Below are positions 12,103 to 21,381 of a stretch of 64,000 nucleotides of DNA, one piece after another. The notes beneath the pieces are model-generated. The model was not told the origin of the DNA, did no database searches, and was given only the letters and a program-made list of their open reading frames with translations. The stretch comes from the human T2T-CHM13v2.0 reference genome, Homo sapiens. A program made the position numbers and the translations under genes. The stretch lies in NCBI RefSeq assembly GCF_009914755.1, contig NC_060929.1; one strand, 5' to 3'. Position 1 is the first letter of the stretch. The number at the start of each line of letters is the position of its first letter.

Positions 12103-15100
12103 AATGATGTAAGTACAAACCACGAGCTGCTTGACGCTGAGCTGTTGGACTCCGGGCTATTTCAGCCGCTGCTTTGGGTACACAGTGGCCGGGGAGCAGC
12201 CGGGGAGCCCTTACTCTAGAAAGGATTGCACAAATCGCAAGCTTAGGTGATCTGTTAAGCAGTCAGAGATTCTCCTGTTAGATTTCTGGAAATGGAGACA
12301 TATTAACTGGAGAACAGTTAAAAACATCACGTATAGGCTCAGGAAATGAAACTGCATCTTGTTTAGAATCCATTAGTGTTTCTGGCATGTGTTTTAATTC
12401 TGTCCACTTGCACGTTCATGCCGTAGTATGCTTTGCTGGATTCTCCGGATGTACTGTTCAGGTCTCCTCCTTCCTTTCTGAAAACAAAGAGAAAGGGAGA
12501 AAGAGTACCAGTGGCAAGAAACAGGGTGGATGTGTGAATTACACAAGTCATCAGCCACTTCATGATTTTTTTTCTGATTAAAACATAAAACTTTTATAAG
12601 TCACCGATTTTTTTGTTTGTGTTCTAGCTCCCTCCCCGATTTTTCTTTGTACAATATAAAGTCGTTTGTAACTTGCAGCTCACGGGCTTGAGGAGTGGCT
12701 GCGGTATAAGCGACTATTCACTACGCTCTTGCTTTCCAAGCCAATTCCTGATCTTGTGAACAGTACGAATTTACCCGCGAGTGTGTCAACTGACCTATGT
12801 CTTGAAAATAGGAACCACCTTGCGGTTTACTTGTGAAAATTAGCATTTTCCTCTAGCGGCTGAACACTTATGCAGCAATAAAAAGTGAATTGTTAGGCTT
12901 ATAAATCTCGAGCTTGTCAAATTTTACAACAGAGGAGCAATAAAGCACCTTATAGAGATGAAGTTTTTCCTCTGAAGAACAGTTCCGTTTAACGACACCA
13001 GGATTTGCAATGACTCGAGGACGCCCTCTATTGATAGGAAAATCTAGAGCACCCGTGTACTTATGGAACAGGATATAGGGGGAGGGGAGTAAAAAATCAT
13101 AGAAAGTCACGAGTGGAAAGACCCAAACCAAACAGAAATTATTGATCCTTAACTATTGAGTATATGCTTTGAAGTATGATCAATAAAGTGAGATGCTGCT
13201 TTTATAGGGGTCGAATTAAATCTTGGGTTAAGAGAAAAAAATGTAGTCTTTGTTAGCCAAATACTTTGAAAATCAGTATTATGTTTGATTACTTTTTTAA
13301 GATGCTTCTTAGTATGTCATGAACTGTATCTAATTATATGAAGTAATTGCAAGATAGTAAATTTTTGCTCTAATAATACTTAGTCCGCAGCATTATCTAA
13401 AAATGTCATATAACTTCCTCCCCAAAAGTCATTTCTCCAGGCAACTGTGAAGCTATTATTAAGCGTATTATGGATATACACAGGCTTGGATTATATTGTG
13501 GATAGTGAAAGGTGTGTTTACCCCTTAAGTCATCATAGTATGTAACAAGTAAGTAATGAAAAGTTACAGTAAAAACAGATAGGCATCCTTCATTAGGGAC
13601 CTAGTGGTTTGGGCAATTCAAAATGTGTCTAATAAGTGAGCTGGTGAGACTGAAGGTTTGCCCCTCAATTATCCTAGTCCATTGATTAGCTCATTTAAAC
13701 ATGTGTGGAATATCAGCATGTCCGTGGTTGATAAGAAATTCCTAATTAGAGATTCTGAGTAACATAGCGGGTACAGTTGCCAACTACGATTTGGATGTTA
13801 GTGGATTTTAAATGGCAACCCTGTGCTGTTTGGGGAAAGGCAAAGGCGAGGGCGGTATCAAGTGTCTCTCAGCCTTGAGGTCATTCTTGAGATTAGATAC
13901 CACTTCACACCTACCGATAACAAATTGGAATCTATCATCAGTCTCATAACTGCTTTTCTGTCTCCACTTGGCAGCCTCTTTCTTTGTAGACAATTGTCTT
14001 TTTCCTCACTTTCGGACCCATCCGATCATAAAAGGAGAAAGTGAGCTGCCATTGAATTAATCCGTAGAAATTTGTGGAAAATTTAAATAATCTGTAGAAA
14101 TTTGTGAAAAAGCCACTGAGCAACAACAAATCGTGGCATAATTACACTGCATAAAAACCCACCACTCTCATTAATTACACTGTAACCGAACGTTGAAGTT
14201 TGCCCACTCTTAGACCTCTCCTTGCCGCTTTCAGGAAGGGAAATGTCAAACTAGAACACCTGAGCCTCGCACAGCTGCCAGCGAATTCCGGCGGCAGTTC
14301 GCGGGTACCTTCCCAGCCCATCCTATCTGCTCCGGACCGCGGGTGACATTCAGATTTCCAACACCGCCCCGAGCTTGCTTTACCAGACACCCTCAAACGA
14401 CTCGGAACGCGGTTCCGCAGATGTGATTGGCTGAAAGGGGACCTGCCGCGCGGCGCTCTGTAAAAGCGCCTGCTTCCTCCAAGGAGGTGGAGCTGAAGCT
14501 GGCAGGGCCAGGGCAGGGAGGGGTAATTAAATTAAAAAAAAAACTTGGAGGGAAGATGAATCGGATCACATTAATTCAAGGAGAGGTCAAAGGCCGGTAC
14601 CTTTGTAACGCCGGCGAGAGTAAGACTTGCGGTCGCCCATTTCTGTTGGGCGCGAGGAAACAGTAAATCGCGGAAGGGGGTAGAGGGGGAAGGAAAGGGA
14701 GCGCGAGGCAGCATGCGGCGCAGGAGAGAGGACTTGGAGTCGATGGACAGGGAACTCGAATTACACTGAGCGGGCGGGGGAGAGGGCCCTCTGGGTCCTG
14801 CGATTGGCAGGCTGAGTCGGGCTGACGTGCGGTCACAACCAATGGGGAGGAAGGGAGGGACACGGCGGGGGATTATGGCGTCGTGGATTGGCGGGCACAG
14901 GGCGGGGCGGGACGGCAGTGCGGGACTGAGATTGATCGACCGCGGGGGCTGCCGCGCAGAGATATCCGGGCCGCCGGTGGGTGGTCGCTAGGGCTGGGCC
15001 AGCCTCTTGGAGGTCCACGCCCGCCGAGCCCACGCTGGCTGGGGCCGGGGTGCCGGCGCGCTCGGGACTCGTCTCAGCAGTCGCTCACGGTCTTTGTGTC

Positions 15101-15245
15101 TTCTCTTCCGCCCCTTTCCCTGCCTGCCGCCTCCGGCCGCCACGATGCCCCTGCGCCCCGCTGCTGCCGCCGCGGACTGGCTGCGCCGGCTGCGCGCTGC
15201 TTGCTGCGGCGGTGGTGGCGCCCCATCTGCTACACGGGCCTGAAG

Positions 15246-15363
15246 AAGGAAGAAGAGGAAGCGAAGCGCGCCCCCCGGCCCATGCCGCAGCCACGGGCCC
15301 AGACCCGCCACGGCGCCCGCGCCGCCGCCCTCGCCGGAGCCCACGAGACCTGCATGGACGGGC
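15246..15363 (+). CDS. RGMB: RGMB long isoform N-terminal extension (RKKRKRSAPPGPCRSHGPRPATAPAPPPSPEPTRPAWTG); 5' UTR in the short isoform
   Basis: Open and in frame with ATG 15364; genomic in-frame TGA at 15241-15243 lies just upstream, so entry must be by splicing at the AG 15244-15245. Confidence 0.65.
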
Positions 15364-15499
15364 ATGGGCTTGAGAGCAGCACCTTCCAGCGCCGCCGCTG
15401 CCGCCGCCGAGGTTGAACAGCGCCGCCGCCCCGGGCTCTGCCCCCCGCCGCTGGAGCTGCTGCTGCTGCTGCTGTTCAGCCTCGGGCTGCTCCACGCAG
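15364..15499 (+). CDS. RGMB: RGMB coding exon 1 (signal peptide)
   Basis: MGLRAAPSSAAAAAAEVEQRRRPGLCPPPLELLLLLLFSLGLLHA-G; strong Kozak ggcATGg; donor CAG|gtagga at 15499/15500 (phase 1). Confidence 0.97.
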
Positions 15500-17933
15500 G
15501 TAGGACGGGAGCGCGCGAGGGGAGCCAGCCCCGGGGCCTAGGGCTTTGTTCCCAAATAGCCCCAGGTCTCGAAGGCGCTCGCCGGGGCGGAAGGGCGGCG
15601 TGGCGCAACGGGAAAGGCCTCCCGAGCCCCTGACACGCACCTCTGTCGGGCTCCGGGCCACCGTAACGCAGCCACCCACCGGGCGGCCGCCGGGCGCAGA
15701 GACGAGCCTTCTCTCCACCCTCCCCGCCTTCGGCTCGGACCGCTGACAAATCTCCCCTCCGACAGCCGCTTATCAAACATTTAGCGGGCGGGGGCCGCGC
15801 GCCCGAGACAAATGTTCCGGATGCTTTATTGCTCTCTGCGCTGGTGTTTACTGAAAGTCAGGCTCGGATCAGGTTTCCGCCGTCGCAGCCGCCTCGGAGG
15901 GAGACAAGGAGCCTTGTGCTGCTTTTCTGGAGTTGGGGGTGGCGGCGAGGCGAAGGAAGTACACCAGATGGAAAGATTTTTACCAGATTTTGCAAACCTG
16001 GGAGTTAATCTCGAAGTAACGTCAACTTTTTTGAGCAGGGATTTCTTTCGTTTTGGCAAAAGCTGCGTTTGTTCAGCGATCAGCCTCCCGGGAAAAGCTC
16101 GTGTTTTGTGACTAGCCGGGTGTCTTCGGGCTCCGTGAGGGGTTGACAGATAACCATGCTGCCTTCTGGAGGTCGGCGCTTCCCCAGCCTTGAGGCGTAT
16201 GTTCCAAGGGAAGTAAGCCTGCAAATGAGCCTTCTACCATGTGATACCTATTTTTCTTTTTAAAAAATCGTTTCATGAAAATCCAGGACGCTCTTCACAC
16301 TATTTTTTTCTAGGAATTTGCCTAGACAAAGAATTTTTTTTAATGCTAAGGTTGAAAGGGTCATTTTCCTTTAGTCTTGAGAACAAACAGCATTAGATAA
16401 GTTTCTTTTCCTTCCAGACCTTTTTTGTCCTGTATATATGAGACACTTCACAACGTTCTGGTCTGGAGAATCCTGAACTTCGATGCCACCCAACTGTGCG
16501 GAGTAATTTTTACTTATTAAACCATACCCGCCATGCTAAAAATCAGGGAGGTCTTTTAAGTAATGGGGGGGAAAATGTGACATCTGAGGAGACTTAATTT
16601 ACTTTGCGTAGCTTTGCATTATGATGTAATAGCTGCTTTTTAACACCGACAATTAGGGAAAAGACGGCTTAATAAAAAAGTGTAATAGAAAGTTTTAGGA
16701 TGATTACGGCTTTCAATTAGTAACCTAAGAACCTTAGAAAATAGTGTCAATCTGCATGTAGTTACGTGGAAAATTTTTCTTGACATGTTAAAAGATATAT
16801 TCAGGAGTGTTTGTGCGAAAAATATGTGTCCATAATACCAAAATGTAAGTTTCATGAAATGGAAATTGTGCTAGGTGGGATTGTGTCCCCCTTGGCTGCT
16901 TGGATATTGTTTCCCATAGTTGCCATAGGATCCTGTGACAGAATTGGAATGTGGTCCCTGAAGGTTTCTTTGCTAGCCCGTGAAAGGCATACTAAGTTGG
17001 CTTAAAGGTTTAGAAAAGTAGGGTGTCTTCGTTCAAGAATTTGGAATGTGAAGCTCCCAGTATCTTCATGTGTCCTCATTTAAGTCACCATTAGATTCAG
17101 CCCAACAATGTGGTAAGCGATTTCTATGGACAACTTGTTGGAGTGAAGCGATTAATCCTGTTAAAGAAAAGAACGCTCCTTTTGAGAGATTTCTTTGAAG
17201 AGTGGTGCTATTTAAATGCCCGGGTTGTTTCTCAGATAAGGGAACCCAGCAAGAGTGCCAGTGCTCTTTGCAGATGGACTACTATATGTTTTATGCCTGG
17301 ATCCTTATCATCTGCCTCAGCACCCCATATGGCTCCACATTTCACTTAATTCAGCTTCAGAATACCTCATTTCTTTTATTATAAACTGGTGATTGTGCTG
17401 CAGATTCACACGTGTAGTCCTGGTGTTAAAGAAACTGTCTTGAATGGTGAGGTCTTTATGTCTGATTCATTCAAAAATGATGAAATGAAAGCTCTAGACC
17501 CACAAATGCTTTAGCATGTTCAGTAACTGGTGTGATAATACTGTCACACTGATCACAGATAATCTGACCCAAAAATAGAGAAATCTGTAGCTGCAGAGTT
17601 TTAATTCTGCCCTTGGGGAATGAAAAGAGTATGAAAAGAGTACCTTTAGTTGCTTTATTTTATTTTATTTTTTTTAAGCAAACCTCTGCAATTCCTGAAT
17701 AGAGATCCAATATGGGAGTTACTTGCTTACTCATACACTTCATGGCCTTCTTGGCTACATCCTTGAGATTGTTTCTGCTCCGCATTGTCTTGGCATTTTG
17801 ACAGGAGGCTTACTTTACCGCCTATAACAGGCAAAGTGTGCGTTGTCGTTATAAATTCATGAAGCCTGGATATTTCTGGGTGTATGCTACAAATTAGTCA
17901 TTATATAGAAGCCCACAAGGCAGCTGAAAATGC

Positions 17934-18036
17934 TGACCCAATCGCACTTTCTATTTAGCCCTCTTCGCTCCCATCATCTCTGTAGCAGAAGGCTGTTGGA
18001 AGCCTTAGCCAAAGCAAAAGAACCCCGGGAGATCTG
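17934..18036 (+). repeat. Copy 1 of a ~100-bp intronic direct repeat
   Basis: Shares tatttagccctcttcNctcccatcatctctgtagcaNaaNgctgttggaagccttagccaaagcaNaagaaccc with 19240-19346. Confidence 0.9.
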
Positions 18037-18078
18037 TTTGATTTGAGATTTGTTTAAGCAGTCAGCACCTACCTGCTA

Positions 18079-18621
<543 letters not shown>

Positions 18622-19239
18622 TCATTTATCCGTAGTCTTAAGAGCTCTTCATTACTGAGACCTTGGCCCCATATTTATTTTCTTGCTTTCTGTGTATCTG
18701 ATTTTAAAAGAAAAAAAATGCAATAGCTACTTAAGTCTTTTTTTCAGCCATCAAGTACTGTCATTGCAGTTAGGAAATAAGAGGAGACGTGACCTGTGAT
18801 GGAAGAACAACAAGTTTTGAGGGAAGGCACCACATCCTGGCTTAATGATGCTAGCTGTTTTATGATTCTGCCAGAACAAGCCCTTTAATATCCCTTTGCC
18901 TTGGATTTCCCATCTGCAAAATGGCTTTAACGCCTTTTGGAGTTGTTTAGTTGGTTAATTTCTGTTTTGGTTTGATTTGAGTTCTAGTGAAAAATAGCTG
19001 AAAATTATTTGATCTGCTTTGGAAAGAGAAATTCAGTAAATACTGGAGCTACTTTTGTCAGCTTTGGAATGAGCAAACATAAAGTAGATTCCACACAAAG
19101 ATGTTTTTGTAACTTTTTTTTTGAAAGTATGATTTGATGATTGCTGTAAATCCATAGCTCCAACATATTAAAATGTTTTAATCTTTGACTCAGGTTAAAG
19201 TGAATACCAAGCCTAGACTATATAGTATTTTCCCCTTTT

Positions 19240-19346
19240 TGACCCAAACACACTTTCTCTGTATTTAGCCCTCTTCCCTCCCATCATCTCTGTAGCAAAA
19301 TGCTGTTGGAAGCCTTAGCCAAAGCAGAAGAACCCAAGAAGATTTG
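19240..19346 (+). repeat. Copy 2 of the ~100-bp intronic direct repeat
   Basis: See 17934-18036. Confidence 0.9.
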
Positions 19347-20872
19347 AAATTTAAAATTTAAAATTTAAAATTTTGCAAATTTAAAAGTGGTGACAGAGTT
19401 GTCTTCAGAAGTTGTCTTCTCCCACCTGTTTCTCCCAGCCAAAGCCAGAAACAGAGCTTACAAGCTACTAAATTCAGATTTAAGAGCAGTTTACTAGTGA
19501 AAATGTTAAAATAGCTTTCTAAGACAATATTAGGCTAAATTTTAAGTCTTTATCAGATGGAGTTCCCTAAATCTTGATATCATCCTGAAGTTTATTGCAT
19601 CCACATCTTGAAATAATTATATATTTAATAATAATCTACTGGCCCTGAATTTTTTCCCCCATCCAGAATACAAATCATAAGATATTTACTGTCTGGAAAA
19701 GAATACAAAGTTCGTCTTAGAATAGCTTTCTCATTTCTCAGATGAGGACCCTCACATTTAAAGAGATTAAGAGACGTCTCCATAGTTTAAAGACCTATAA
19801 AGATTTTATGTAACACAAATAATGTGTTACAGTTCATTTATATAAAATTTGCAGTTGATGACAAAGAACAGTGTCTCTTTTCACTAAGTCTGTTGTTTCC
19901 ATTTTATGGAACAGAATATTAAATTATTTGGGGACACACAACTGACCTAGTATTGGTAGTTTTTGTGCTTTAGGAGATTTTATAAATTTTTGTTTGAGAA
20001 ACTAGTGGTAAAAAGCATCATTTGGAAATTGATTTTTTTAAAACTAATAGGGCAGTGATACTTTGGTTTTTCATAATGTTTATATGAATTGTTTTTATTT
20101 AGTGTGCTTTTACTTGTGATCTGCTTGGGAGCTAGGATCCTAGGGTAATGGAGATAGACAGTAAGGAAAAAGTAAATATATAGCTTGGTCAAGTGAATCT
20201 TGTTTTTTTTTTTCTTAGAGCATTTACATTTTGTAGAAATTAGGAAATTGTGTCAGTTTATTTACAGTTTCTTGGTAAACGTGCCTCAGGAGAAGTAGAA
20301 TGACAGTACCTGGATTTTTTTTTTTCTTATTCTGTAGCCATACAGGTAAATCAAGTAAAGGTGTTTTAACTAATTATACTATAATTTAGGATTTTACACC
20401 TTCCTGAAGTGGGGAGGTTTTAACCATGGTTTTGTGCCTAGTGCTGCTTTTCCAATGCTTTCTGAAGGAAGTTATGCAATTTTGGAAAATCAAAACAATG
20501 TTCATGTTTTTGGCGTAACCTTAGAGTAATCTTTTTCAAAACCTATGAACAAATAGCAACATTTATAAAATATTTTATTTACTATTCCCTTGTAATCTCA
20601 ACCTGTGATCACTGGACTAGACTCATGTTCACTCACAGTGGCTCATGCTTTAAAGTTGTAAGTTAACTAATTGCATGCAGTTTTTCTTCCAGTGGCTTAG
20701 TTTGAGAAAGACACAGGAACACAATGAAACCCTGTATCTGAAGGCTTCTTAAAATAGGAGTACAGTGTATAAAATAGAACAAACAATTCCCAAAGAACAA
20801 TGTGATTTTCTCATGTAGCTCAGGAAGTTATGAAGAGTTTACAAATGTTTGGTCTTATCTTCTTTCCCATAG

Positions 20873-21381
20873 GTGACTGCCAACAGCCAGCCCAATGTCG
20901 AATCCAGAAATGCACCACGGACTTCGTGTCCCTGACTTCTCACCTGAACTCTGCCGTTGACGGCTTTGACTCTGAGTTTTGCAAGGCCTTGCGTGCCTAT
21001 GCTGGCTGCACCCAGCGAACTTCAAAAGCCTGCCGTGGCAACCTGGTATACCATTCTGCCGTGTTGGGTATCAGTGACCTCATGAGCCAGAGGAATTGTT
21101 CCAAGGATGGACCCACATCCTCTACCAACCCCGAAGTGACCCATGATCCTTGCAACTATCACAGCCACGCTGGAGCCAGGGAACACAGGAGAGGGGACCA
21201 GAACCCTCCCAGTTACCTTTTTTGTGGCTTGTTTGGAGATCCTCACCTCAGAACTTTCAAGGATAACTTCCAAACATGCAAAGTAGAAGGGGCCTGGCCA
21301 CTCATAGATAATAATTATCTTTCAGTTCAAGTGACAAACGTACCTGTGGTCCCTGGATCCAGTGCTACTGCTACAAATAAG
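20873..21381 (+). CDS. RGMB: RGMB coding exon 2 (N-RGM BMP-binding domain, GDPH autocleavage site, start of vWF-D-like domain)
   Basis: Acceptor tctttcccatag| at 20872; [17 protein letters not shown]...[12 protein letters not shown]...SSATATNK; GDPH at 21235-21246; ends AAG|gcaagt (GC donor). Confidence 0.97.

Larger units (their letters stand above)
10900..14750 (-). ncRNA. RGMB-AS1: Antisense lncRNA region (RGMB-AS1); extent approximate
   Basis: RGMB-AS1 is known to overlap the RGMB 5' region (recall). Sequence support is limited: a minus-strand AATAAA (tttatt 10927-10932) and minus-strand donor-like AAG|gtacc sites near 14305 and 14598 downstream of the proximal CpG island. Exons not resolved. 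Confidence 0.45.
14250..16150. promoter_or_regulatory. CpG island / proximal RGMB promoter
   Basis: GC/CpG-rich. CCAAT boxes at 14803-14807(-), 14839-14843(+), 14887-14891(-); GC boxes near 14772 and 14900; TGACGTG near 14823; spans the first main coding exon. Confidence 0.9.

Noticed and set aside
10215-15317. GGCGCC motifs as BMP/SMAD response elements
   Set aside because: Frequent by chance in CpG islands; the ones I checked lack the GGCGCC-N5-GTCT spacing.
14883-16224. Long ORFs (up to 262 aa) around RGMB exon 1
   Set aside because: CpG-island artefacts, apart from the specific uORFs reported.
20830-20872. ATG 20830 in frame with exon 2 ([14 protein letters not shown])
   Set aside because: Intronic pyrimidine tract and acceptor; no promoter evidence.
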